Assembly (NCBI GenBank): GCA_050633305.1
Contig: JBOEGF010000018.1
Span: forward strand, 832,001-896,000
Direction of reading: 5' to 3'
From: Nannocystales bacterium
GTDB lineage: Bacteria > Myxococcota_A > Polyangia > Nannocystales > Nannocystaceae
DNA length: 64,000 nt
The number at the start of each line of letters is the position of its first letter. Position 1 is the stretch's first letter. Both the position numbers and the translations under genes were made by a program. Under the pieces are notes generated by a model. That model was not told the DNA's origin and did no database searches. It worked only from the letters and a program-made list of their open reading frames with translations. Shown here piece after piece: positions 8,676 to 17,499 of this stretch.

Positions 8676-9641
8676 ATGATCGAAGTCGAAGGCCTCACGC
8701 GCTACTACGGCGACTTTGCGGCGGTGCAAGACGCATCGTTCTCGATCGGTGAGCGCGAGATCGTCGGATTCCTGGGTCTCAACGGCGCGGGCAAGAGCAC
8801 CATCCTCAAGGTCCTCGCGGGCCTGCTGATGCCCAGCGCAGGGACGGTGCGTGTTGGCGGCGTCGATGCGCTCGAGGATCCGGACACGCTGCGGACCAAG
8901 ATTGGCTTTCTGCCCGAAGAACCGCCGCTGTATCGAGAGATGCAGGTGCGCGAGTTCCTTCGATGGGTCGGACAGGCCAAAGGCTGTTCGGCCAAGGACG
9001 TGGATGCTGAGCTGCCGAAGGTCATCGAGCTGTGCGACCTCGGCACGATGCAGCACAAGGTCATCGCCGAGCTGTCGCACGGTTACCGCAAGCGTGTGGG
9101 CATCGCCCAGGCGATTATCCATCGGCCCGAGGTGGTGATCCTCGACGAGCCGATCAGCGGGCTCGACCCGCAGCAGATCGTGGAGATGCGAAAGGTCGTT
9201 CGTTCGCTCAAGGAGCGAGCCACGGTCCTCATCAGCTCCCACATCCTGACCGAGGTCGCCGTGACGTGTGACCGGGTGCTCGTCATTCACGGCGGTTGCA
9301 TCGTCGCGACCGGATCCACCGATGAACTGGCCCAGCAACAGGGCGGTGGAGGGGCGGTGACGCTGAGCCTGCGGGGCACGGTGGAGGACGTCGAAAAGGC
9401 GCTCTCGAGCAGCGAGGCGGTCAAGGAGTTCGAGGTTGGCGAGGACGAAGGGCTCGTGCGGGCCGACGTCGCGCTGGCCGACGGGGAGAACCCTCGCGAA
9501 GACTTGGTGGCGCACCTCGTGGCGGCCGGCCTCGGCGTGTTCGGGGTGCAAGACACGGTTTCAGAGCTCGAGCAGGCGTTCCTGCAGCTCACCCGGGGCG
9601 ACGCGAAGGCGGCGCTGCCCAAGGAGGACAAAGCATCATGA
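8676..9641 (+). CDS. ABC transporter ATP-binding protein (GldA-like)
   Basis: Walker A GLNGAGKST, signature LSHGYRKR, Walker B ILDEP, SSHIL. Confidence 0.92.
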   Translation: MIEVEGLTRYYGDFAAVQDASFSIGEREIVGFLGLNGAGKSTILKVLAGLLMPSAGTVRVGGVDALEDPDTLRTKIGFLPEEPPLYREMQVREFLRWVGQAKGCSAKDVDAELPKVIELCDLGTMQHKVIAELSHGYRKRVGIAQAIIHRPEVVILDEPISGLDPQQIVEMRKVVRSLKERATVLISSHILTEVAVTCDRVLVIHGGCIVATGSTDELAQQQGGGGAVTLSLRGTVEDVEKALSSSEAVKEFEVGEDEGLVRADVALADGENPREDLVAHLVAAGLGVFGVQDTVSELEQAFLQLTRGDAKAALPKEDKAS

Positions 9642-10363
9642 GAGGGATGATGATGGTGGCGCGCCGAGACCTGGCGGCCTATCTCAACAACGTCTGGGGC
9701 TACGCGGTCATCGCGGTCGTGTTGGTGGTCGACGGGCTACTGTTCAACGCTGTCGCGCTGGGTGATCGGCCCAAGTACAGCGCCGAGGTGATGGAGCAGT
9801 TCTTCTACTTCTCGTTCGGCACGACGGTGATCGCCTCGATCCTGCTGACGATGCGACTCGTCGCGGAAGAACGCCAGACGGGGACGCTCGTCCTCATCGA
9901 TAGCTCGCCGCTGCGGCCGTGGCAGATCATCGGGGGCAAGTACCTCTCCGCGATGACCGTGCTCGCGGGGCTCGTTCTCGCGACCCTCTACATGCCAGCT
10001 CTGGTCTTCGTGAACGGCAAGGTCTCCTACGGTCACATCGTGGCTGGGTACACGGGCCTACTGTTGGTGGCCGCCGCGACGGCTGCGATCGGTACGTTTG
10101 CGTCCACCGTGTCTCGCACGCAGCTCGTGGCTGGCTTTGCCTCCACCGCGTTGACCGTAGTCTTTGTGGTGTTCTGGCTTCTCGCCAAGGTCGCCGACCC
10201 TCCGCTCAAGGACGTCTTCTCGTACATGAGCCTCTACGACCGGCACTTTCGCGGGTTCATGCAGGGGCAGATCAACACCGAGGACATCGTGTTCTACGTC
10301 AGCATCGCCTTCGTCTCTCTGACGCTCAGTACCCGCTTCATGGCGGCCCGGAGGTGGCGATGA
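9638..10363 (+). CDS. ABC-2 type permease (GldF-like)
   Basis: 6 TM; LTMRLVAEERQTGTL..IIGGKY motif; ATGA overlap with the ATPase gene. Confidence 0.88.
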   Translation: MRGMMMVARRDLAAYLNNVWGYAVIAVVLVVDGLLFNAVALGDRPKYSAEVMEQFFYFSFGTTVIASILLTMRLVAEERQTGTLVLIDSSPLRPWQIIGGKYLSAMTVLAGLVLATLYMPALVFVNGKVSYGHIVAGYTGLLLVAAATAAIGTFASTVSRTQLVAGFASTALTVVFVVFWLLAKVADPPLKDVFSYMSLYDRHFRGFMQGQINTEDIVFYVSIAFVSLTLSTRFMAARRWR

Positions 10364-12288
10364 GCCTCTCCGCGATCCTGTACTTGGTCTCGATGTGCAC
10401 GTTGTTCATCGGACAGCGGATGCTCGATGGGAACGACGGTCCGCAGATGGCCGTGACCGTGGTGGGGTGTATCGTGCTGGCGGTCTCGGCAGGGCTGAGA
10501 CTCCGGCCCTTGCGGACCGCGAACGACCCGGGGCTTCGTCTCGGTCATCGCCTGGCGTTGATCGGCCTCCTCACCGGGGTTGCGTCGCTGGTTCTCTACA
10601 CCGCGACGACGGACACGGTGATCGCCTCGCTGACGCTGGGGGATGAGGCCGAGGAACGCTGGTTGGGAACGTGGCGCTCGTTGTGGCCGCTGGTTTGGCT
10701 CATCGGCACCGTGCCGATGCTGGCCGCCGACTACGCGTGCGAGAGCTCTCCGACCATGATGCCCAAGCGCCGAGCGCGAGAGCTTGCGCTGCACGGCCTC
10801 ATCGTCGCAATGGGCGTCGGCTTGGCATTCCCGATCAACTACATCGCCAGCCAGAAGAAAGAACGCTGGGACCTCGCGTACTTCAAGACCCCGCAACCGG
10901 GCACGGCTACGTTCGCGCTCGCGCAAGCGCTGGAGTCTCCGGTCGACGTCCGCATCTTCATGCCGCCCAGTTCCGAAGTCGCTCAGGAGTTGCGCAACTA
11001 CTTCGGGCCTCTCGAGGGGCCGATGCTGCGGGTGCAGGTCATCGACCAAGCCGCCGAGCCGCGGCTGGCCAAGGCGCTCGCGGTCCGGAACAACGGGACG
11101 ATCACGTTCACACAAGGGGATATCCTCCTCGACGGCGCACCGCTGGCTGAGGGCGAGGAGCCGCCGCCCAAGCCCGTGACGCGAAACGTCAAGGTCAGCG
11201 CCGAGTTTGACAAGGCCAAGCGTGCACTCAAGAAGATCGATGCCGATGTGCAGAAGGTCCTCATCGAACTGGGCCATGGGGAACGCATCGCGTATGTGAC
11301 GACCGGACACGGCGAGCTGACCTGGCGCCGCGCCGCGCAACCGGTCCCCGAGCTTCAGGCCGGCGGCCTACGCGAGGAACTCAAGAGCCAAGGCTTTACG
11401 GTCAAGGAGCTGGGGCTGCGCGAGAAGCTTGGGGAGGGCGTACCGTCAGATGCGAGCCTGGTCATGGTGCTGGGCCCGCGGTATCCGTTCTCCCAAGCCG
11501 AGACGGACTCGCTGCGGGCCTACCTCGAGGCAGGCGGGTCGCTGTTTCTTGCGCTCGAGCCACGGGCCGCCCGGGCGCCACTGCCTGCCCCGGTCGAGGA
11601 CCCCCTGGACGCGATGGCGGCCGAGGTTCTTGGGGTCACGGTGGCCGACGCCATCCTCGCCGACGAGGTCGTCCACGCCCGTAGCGCGGGCGACAAACGC
11701 GACAACTTCTTGCTTCTCACCGACTCGTTCAGCTCCCACGGAAGCAGTGTCACGTTGGCCGCGGAGCGGCAGGTGTTCGGGGCGCCGTTCACGGGCTACC
11801 TCGAACTCGAAGAAGGACACGCTGCTGCGCACACGGTGACGGTTCGATCGATGGCGACGGCGTTCGTCGATGAGGATCGCAACGCGACCTTCTCCGCGGA
11901 CGCGGGCGAGGTCAAGGGCACCAAGCCCCTCGTCGCGGCGGTCAGCGGGAGCACGAATGCGGTGGGCTGGAGGGCGATCGTCACCAGCACCTCCTCGGTG
12001 GTCTCGGACGTCGCGCTGGGCGGTGTCGGCGAGCAGGGGGGGAGCGTCATTCCCGGCAACATCCACTTCCTACGGGATACGACCAACTGGCTGATCGGCG
12101 CGGAGGCGCTCTCGGGCACGACCCAGTCCGAGGAGGACGTGAAGATCGAACACACCAAGGAAGGCCAGACATGGTGGTTCTACTCGACGGTTCTCGGCGT
12201 TCCGCTGCTGGTCTTCGGGTTGGGGGTGTTTCGCGTTCGCATGCGGCACCGTGGTCAGCAGGCCCACGTGAAAGGAGACGCACGATGA
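10360..12288 (+). CDS. GldG-family / ABC-type auxiliary membrane protein
   Basis: Start MSLSAILYL after GGAGG with ATGA overlap; N-terminal TMs, RWDL, YVTTGHGE, LRAYLEAGGSLFLALEP, N..FL...NWL, C-terminal TM. Confidence 0.82.
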   Translation: MSLSAILYLVSMCTLFIGQRMLDGNDGPQMAVTVVGCIVLAVSAGLRLRPLRTANDPGLRLGHRLALIGLLTGVASLVLYTATTDTVIASLTLGDEAEERWLGTWRSLWPLVWLIGTVPMLAADYACESSPTMMPKRRARELALHGLIVAMGVGLAFPINYIASQKKERWDLAYFKTPQPGTATFALAQALESPVDVRIFMPPSSEVAQELRNYFGPLEGPMLRVQVIDQAAEPRLAKALAVRNNGTITFTQGDILLDGAPLAEGEEPPPKPVTRNVKVSAEFDKAKRALKKIDADVQKVLIELGHGERIAYVTTGHGELTWRRAAQPVPELQAGGLREELKSQGFTVKELGLREKLGEGVPSDASLVMVLGPRYPFSQAETDSLRAYLEAGGSLFLALEPRAARAPLPAPVEDPLDAMAAEVLGVTVADAILADEVVHARSAGDKRDNFLLLTDSFSSHGSSVTLAAERQVFGAPFTGYLELEEGHAAAHTVTVRSMATAFVDEDRNATFSADAGEVKGTKPLVAAVSGSTNAVGWRAIVTSTSSVVSDVALGGVGEQGGSVIPGNIHFLRDTTNWLIGAEALSGTTQSEEDVKIEHTKEGQTWWFYSTVLGVPLLVFGLGVFRVRMRHRGQQAHVKGDAR

Positions 12289-13289
12289 AGTCCGCAGTGA
12301 TTGGATACGGGCTGGCGCTCACGCTGGCGCTCGGAGGCGCTTATCAGACCTGGACCCACGAAGGAGACCCCGACCTGTCCGGCTCCACGGTCATTCTCGA
12401 CGTCGAGCGGGCCGACCTCGAGGCCCTCGTCTTTGAGAGTCCGACGGGGCGGGTTCGTCTCGAACTCCGCGAGGACGAACTGGGACCCTACGTTTGGGCG
12501 CTGACCGAACCGGTGGCCAAGCCCGAGCCCGAACCCGAGTCCCCGTCGGCCAAGCCCGTCCCGGCACAGCCGCAGGCGTTCAAGGCCGGCGCGGCAGGGG
12601 AAACGATCGCCAAGGGATCCGCGCCCTTTGTCGCCAAGCGCGTCCTCGAAGGCATCGACGGGTCCAAACTCGAGGAGCTCGGCTTCGGGGACGAGCAGGC
12701 CTCACTGACGTTCCATCGTAAGGGTCGTGACACGAAAACCTACGAGGTTGGCGCCAAGGCCTACGGCGGATCGAACCGCTACATCCGAGACCCTGCGGAC
12801 GGCACGGTGTACATCGTCGCGGCGAGCCTCATCGATAGTTTGGAGACCGCGGACCGCTCGTTGCCAGACCGTTCGCTGCTCGCCTTCGACGTGACCGACA
12901 TCGATACGATCTCGGTCCGGGGCGGAGAGGCGGAGGCGACTTACGTGCAAAACAACCCGGACGACCGGGCCGCGCGCTTTTGGTCAACTCCGGGCTCCTC
13001 GGACCCGAGCCCCGCCGCAGCGGGATGGTTCGACAAGGCTCTTCGCCTGAAGGTGTTGCGCTACATCGAGCCCGCAAACAAGCCGACGGGGTTACAGGAA
13101 GCGTTCTCGATGACGGTGAGCGCCGGGCGGAAGTCCAGCGAGGCCATCATCTACCGTGCGGCCGGGGAGGACGGAAATGAGGCTTGGTACGCGTCTTCGA
13201 CCCACAACCGGGCGCTGGTACAGCTCCAAAGCTCCTCCGCCGCCGAAGCGCAGGCCGACCTGGCGTCGGTTCTGGACGTCGAGCCGTAA
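12285..13289 (+). CDS. DUF4340-like periplasmic protein
   Basis: Start MKSAVIG after AAGGAG with ATGA overlap; N-terminal TM; LEELGF..YEVG..Y.R...VY pattern; usual fourth gene of such operons. Confidence 0.7.
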   Translation: MKSAVIGYGLALTLALGGAYQTWTHEGDPDLSGSTVILDVERADLEALVFESPTGRVRLELREDELGPYVWALTEPVAKPEPEPESPSAKPVPAQPQAFKAGAAGETIAKGSAPFVAKRVLEGIDGSKLEELGFGDEQASLTFHRKGRDTKTYEVGAKAYGGSNRYIRDPADGTVYIVAASLIDSLETADRSLPDRSLLAFDVTDIDTISVRGGEAEATYVQNNPDDRAARFWSTPGSSDPSPAAAGWFDKALRLKVLRYIEPANKPTGLQEAFSMTVSAGRKSSEAIIYRAAGEDGNEAWYASSTHNRALVQLQSSSAAEAQADLASVLDVEP

Positions 13290-13315
13290 CGAGACCCCAC
13301 ACCGGTGGCGTATTG

Positions 13316-14500
13316 ATGCCCATGCGGATGCTCGTGTTCATGGCGGTGATGACCGCCATCTGGATCGGCGGGCACATCTACATCGGACGCCGCCTGTTCG
13401 GTCGACTCGGACTCTCAACCCGGCTGCGTCGGCTGGCCTGGATCGGGCTCTCGCTCAGCGGGTCGACCGCGATGGCGGCGCTTTGGGCTTCGAGAATCGG
13501 GGGCGGATCATCGGGGTTGCGCACGCTGCAATGGGTCGGGTTGTGGTTGTTCGGCCTGACCTCGGTGTTGTTCTTCCTCGTGTTGTTCTCGGACATCGTC
13601 GGCGGAGCAGCCAAGGGGATGCGCAAGGTGCTCTCGTCGGCGAATCCGACACCTCCCGACGATCCAGGCCGACGGGGTTTCATCGGCAAGGTTGCGAGTA
13701 TGGGAGCGATGGCGACCTCCGGAGGCGTGGGAGGTGTCGGGCTCGCGCAGGCGATGCAACTTCCCGAAGTGGTCGAGGTCGAGGTCCCGATCGACGGACT
13801 GCCGGAGGCGTTCGACGGCTACCGTATCGTTCAGCTCTCGGACGTGCATGTTGGGCCCACGATTCGTCGCGAGCATCTGGAGGCGATCGTCGAGCGGGCC
13901 AACGGACTCGACGGTGATCTTGCGGTGGTCACGGGGGACTTGGTCGATGGGTACGTCGACGACCTGCGCGACGAGGTCGCACCGTTGGCTGGGTTTCGCG
14001 GGCGCGACGGCGCCTACTTTGTGACGGGGAATCACGAGTACTACTGGGACGGGCCCGCCTGGTGCGACGAGGTGGCGCGGTTGGGCCTCGGTGTCCTCAA
14101 CAACGAGCATCGGGTGATCTCCCGCGGTGGTGCACGTTTGTTGCTCGCCGGTTGCACGGACGTGAAGGCGGGAGACCTCGTTCCCGAGCACGCCTCGGAC
14201 CCAGCAGGCGCCCGTGCTGGTGCTCCGCCGTGCGATGTTTCGATTCTCCTCGCACACCAGCCTCGCAGCATCGATGCCGCGTCCGTAGCTGGGTACGACC
14301 TTCAGCTCTCCGGACACACCCACGGAGGGCAGTATTTTCCGTTCAGCGTGTTGGTGCACCTGGCGCAGCCCTACGTTGCGGGGTTGGCGAAACATGACAA
14401 GACCTGGATCTACGTCAGTCGAGGCACGGGGTACTGGGGGCCGCCGATGCGCGTGGGTGCCCCGCACGAGATCACGCTGGTCACGCTTCGCCGAGCCTGA
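13316..14500 (+). CDS. membrane-anchored metallophosphoesterase (YkuE/YaeI-like)
   Basis: 3 N-terminal TMs plus internal RRGFI; DVHVG, TGDLVD, GNHE, LAHQP, GHTHGGQ, YVSRGTG. Confidence 0.9.
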   Translation: MPMRMLVFMAVMTAIWIGGHIYIGRRLFGRLGLSTRLRRLAWIGLSLSGSTAMAALWASRIGGGSSGLRTLQWVGLWLFGLTSVLFFLVLFSDIVGGAAKGMRKVLSSANPTPPDDPGRRGFIGKVASMGAMATSGGVGGVGLAQAMQLPEVVEVEVPIDGLPEAFDGYRIVQLSDVHVGPTIRREHLEAIVERANGLDGDLAVVTGDLVDGYVDDLRDEVAPLAGFRGRDGAYFVTGNHEYYWDGPAWCDEVARLGLGVLNNEHRVISRGGARLLLAGCTDVKAGDLVPEHASDPAGARAGAPPCDVSILLAHQPRSIDAASVAGYDLQLSGHTHGGQYFPFSVLVHLAQPYVAGLAKHDKTWIYVSRGTGYWGPPMRVGAPHEITLVTLRRA

Positions 14501-14577
14501 CGAACGCGATCGAGTGTCAGCTTGGCCACCGTCTTTTCCGAACCGGCGGAAGGTGGGGACGCGAGCCCCCTGGGCGC

Positions 14578-14583
14578 TACCCT
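14578..14583 (+). promoter_or_regulatory. putative -10 hexamer TACCCT (leaderless-type)
   Basis: 6 nt upstream of ATG 14590. Confidence 0.45.
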
Positions 14584-14589
14584 AGGAAC

Positions 14590-15690
14590 ATGGGAAGGGG
14601 AGCGTTGCGTACGGCAGCAGCCGGCGCACTCATGATCGTTGCGTGCGGAGGGTCTTCGTCTCCGCCGTCGGACACCGTGGCGGACACCGATGAGACCGGT
14701 ATCGATTTCACCGCGGGGGCCAGTACCGGGGAGGGCGAGAGCAGCTCTGGGCCGTTTGCGACGACCACATCGCCGCCGACGACCACGGCGAACCCGGACG
14801 GGCTGACGAGCGGCTGTGGCGAGGTCACCGTGATGTTGGAACCGGTGGTGCCCACAATTGTCCTGCTGATCGACCAGTCCGGAAGCATGACCGCAGACTT
14901 CGGCGAGCAGGATCGCTGGGCCTCGGTGTACGAGACGCTGATGGACCCCGACGACGGAGTGGTCGCGCAGCTTCAGTCTCAGGTTCGGTTTGGGGTCACG
15001 CTGTACACGAGTGAGGACGGGAACGATGGACGCGAGTGTCCGATTCTCACCTCGGTCGAAGCGGCGCTCGACAACCGGGACGCGATCGATGCCGAGTACG
15101 CACCCGCCAACCCCAACGACGAGACTCCGACAGGCGAGTCTCTCGAGGCCGTCGCGATCTCGCTGGCCGCCCTCGAGTTCGAGGGTCCCAAGGCGATCGT
15201 TCTCGCGACCGACGGCGAGCCTGATACCTGCGACACACCCAACCCCCAGGAGGGGCAGCCAGAGGCCTTGGCCGCTGCAGCGTTCGCGTTTAGCGAGGAA
15301 ATCTCAACATTCGTCATCTCGGTGGGGGACGAGGTCGGCGCCGACCACCTCCAGGAGATGGCCAACGTCGGGGTGGGGAAGGATGCGAACGACCCCATGC
15401 CCGCGCCGTACTACGAGGCGTTGGATGCAGGGCAACTCGTCGACGCCTTCAACGAGATCGTCGGTACGTTCATCAGCTGCGAGCTGACCATCGACGGTGA
15501 GGTCGACCTCGAAAAAGCGTGCGAGGGCACCGTGACCCTCGATGGCGAGGAACTCGAATGCGGCACCGATTGGGACGTTCCCAACGAGACCACGCTGCTG
15601 CTCATCGGCGCCGCATGCGACACGCTCAAAGATGGTGCGTCACACTCCGTCGATGCGAGCTGGCCGTGCGACGTTGTTGTGATTCCCTAG
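14590..15690 (+). CDS. von Willebrand factor A (vWA) domain lipoprotein
   Basis: Lipobox IVAC; S/T-rich linker; MIDAS DQSGS, TPT, LATDGEP; Cys-containing C-terminal domain. Same general architecture as myxobacterial vWA surface lipoproteins. Confidence 0.85.
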   Translation: MGRGALRTAAAGALMIVACGGSSSPPSDTVADTDETGIDFTAGASTGEGESSSGPFATTTSPPTTTANPDGLTSGCGEVTVMLEPVVPTIVLLIDQSGSMTADFGEQDRWASVYETLMDPDDGVVAQLQSQVRFGVTLYTSEDGNDGRECPILTSVEAALDNRDAIDAEYAPANPNDETPTGESLEAVAISLAALEFEGPKAIVLATDGEPDTCDTPNPQEGQPEALAAAAFAFSEEISTFVISVGDEVGADHLQEMANVGVGKDANDPMPAPYYEALDAGQLVDAFNEIVGTFISCELTIDGEVDLEKACEGTVTLDGEELECGTDWDVPNETTLLLIGAACDTLKDGASHSVDASWPCDVVVIP

Positions 15691-15751
15691 CGTGTCGGAG
15701 GTCTGGGGTGCAGCGGATTCCAGACCCGATTGGCCAATCGGTCCCGGCTGA

Positions 15752-15770
15752 GGCGTCCTTTAGGGACGCC
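15752..15770. terminator. hairpin between convergent genes
   Basis: GGCGTCC-TTTAG-GGACGCC 7-bp stem between the stops at 15690 and 15773; no long U tract. Confidence 0.35.
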
Positions 15771-15772
15771 CC

Positions 15773-16744
15773 CTAGTCTTCGTAGGCGTCGAAGTCGACC
15801 GGCGCCGCTGAATCTGGCGCCGGTTCGGCGGCGAGAGGTCCCGGCTCGGTGGCGCCAGGTTGGGTGAGCTCGACCGCATCGACCGTCTTGCCGTCGCCGG
15901 TCACGAACGAGAGTGAGAGCGTGGTCGCGGTGGCGTTGGCAAACAACGCGCCGTGGGTTTCGTTGAAGCGAACCACACTGCCGTCGATCGCCTTCCCGAT
16001 GGGGTAGACCTTGGGGCTTCCGCTGAGGCCGTTGACCAGGAACACCGTCCCGTCTCGCTCGATGCGCTCGTAATGGTGGTCGTGCCCGGCAAGAACAACG
16101 TCGGCGCCCCATTGCGCGTAGGGCCACTGCATCGTCGTGTCTGAGCCGTGTCGACCGGACGAATACGGCGCGTGGTGCATGTAGACCACCTGCCAGGGCG
16201 ACTCGGAGGCCTGCATCGTTTCGCGAAGCCACCGGGCTTGAACGCTGTCGACCGACGTGCCGTCCGGTTCGGCGGAGTCGCTGTCGAGTGCGAAGAAGTG
16301 CACGGGCCCCCACACGAAGTCGTAGTAGCGCTCGTTGCCCGGTAGCTCGAAGTAGTCGAGGTAGGGCTCCAGGTCGCTCGTGTACCAGTCGTGGTTTCCC
16401 AGCGATGGGAAGAACCGGTTTCGGTCCGCGCCTGGCCCGTACGCTCCTCGGTAGGGGGCGATGAAGCTGGCGTAGTGTTTGCCGATATTGGCGTCGATCG
16501 TCCGTGCGCCGCCGCTGGGGTAGTTGTTGTCGCCTAGGGTCACGACGACGTCGGGGGCCGCACCGCGGACCCGGGCTGCGATTGCAGCTTCGAACGGGGA
16601 GTCGTCGCCAAAGTCACCGATCGCAACGAACGACACCGAAGCGCCCGGCTCGTGAACCTCGATCCGACTCTCCTCAGGGGGCTCCGCGATCGGCGCTCGG
16701 CAGGCCGCGGAAGTTGCCAGCAGAAGGACAAGGGCCCGTTGCAT
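15773..16744 (-). CDS. calcineurin-like metallophosphoesterase lipoprotein (acid/alkaline phosphatase-like)
   Basis: Start MQRALVLLLATSAAC; IGDFG, LGDNNY, LGNHDW, HHAPY, GHDHHYER. Confidence 0.88.
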   Translation of the reverse strand: MQRALVLLLATSAACRAPIAEPPEESRIEVHEPGASVSFVAIGDFGDDSPFEAAIAARVRGAAPDVVVTLGDNNYPSGGARTIDANIGKHYASFIAPYRGAYGPGADRNRFFPSLGNHDWYTSDLEPYLDYFELPGNERYYDFVWGPVHFFALDSDSAEPDGTSVDSVQARWLRETMQASESPWQVVYMHHAPYSSGRHGSDTTMQWPYAQWGADVVLAGHDHHYERIERDGTVFLVNGLSGSPKVYPIGKAIDGSVVRFNETHGALFANATATTLSLSFVTGDGKTVDAVELTQPGATEPGPLAAEPAPDSAAPVDFDAYED

Positions 16745-16802
16745 GGCCGGAGGGTGCCACGTCGCGAACGTGCGGTCGGTGTCAAAGAGCGAGGTGTGTG
16801 GG

Positions 16803-17408
16803 TCAGGATCGGTCCGGGGCGTTGGCCGCCGGACCATCTGTGGCGCGGTCGTGCTCGAGCTGTTTGAGCCGCATGGGCAGCAGTTCGGTGAGTGCGGTCT
16901 CGAGCCCGACACCGAAGTTGAGCAGGGCGCGCCCGAGCGTCCAGTGGTCATCTCGGGCCAACAGGGCTCGGGCTGGGTCGGCGTCGTGTTTCTTGGCCTC
17001 CAGTTCGGCCATCAGACGGGCGGTGCCCGACCGCAGGGCCGCGAGCTCCCAAACTCGGAGTTCCACCCGGGTGAAGGCCAGCACGCCGTGTTTTGCGAGG
17101 TCGCGCCAGGTGGCGAGCTGCGCCTTGGCCATCAGGTACCCGACCTCGTCGAGTTCACCATCGTCCAGATCGCGAGCCATCCGGAAGGTGCCGGAGCCAT
17201 CCGCGCCGCGAGCTCGCAGGATCACCAGGTGGGTTGGCTCAGGGTCCGCGGCAACGTGCGAGATCACTTCGGCGTGGCTTCCCAACCGAGCGCCAGAGCG
17301 CAGTTCCGCGAGCGTGTTTCGGCCAACAAGTTCGTCGGTGTCCGCAGAGACGACGAGGGCTCGGCGTGGACCGTTGTCCGTCGCGAGTGTCCGGTAAACG
17401 GTGTTCAT
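16803..17408 (-). CDS. hypothetical protein
   Basis: 201 aa with normal composition, fills the gap between same-strand genes; TATTGT 10 nt upstream. Confidence 0.65.
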   Translation of the reverse strand: MNTVYRTLATDNGPRRALVVSADTDELVGRNTLAELRSGARLGSHAEVISHVAADPEPTHLVILRARGADGSGTFRMARDLDDGELDEVGYLMAKAQLATWRDLAKHGVLAFTRVELRVWELAALRSGTARLMAELEAKKHDADPARALLARDDHWTLGRALLNFGVGLETALTELLPMRLKQLEHDRATDGPAANAPDRS

Positions 17409-17499
17409 CGCGAGGTGGACAATACAGCCCGGGGGCCGGTTTTGGCCAGCCGTGTCGCTTGGGCGCCGCGTTCCGCGCGCGTTTCTGACGAAGCGGCGG

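Noticed and set aside
7854..9551. Long antisense or alternate-frame ORFs (e.g. 7854..9551 -, 1988..3580 +, 2728..4281 +, 38855..41167 -, 38953..40320 +, 46193..47653 +, 59019..60293 -)
   Set aside because: Shadow ORFs expected in high-GC coding DNA. They overlap genes with clear family motifs and have no motifs of their own.
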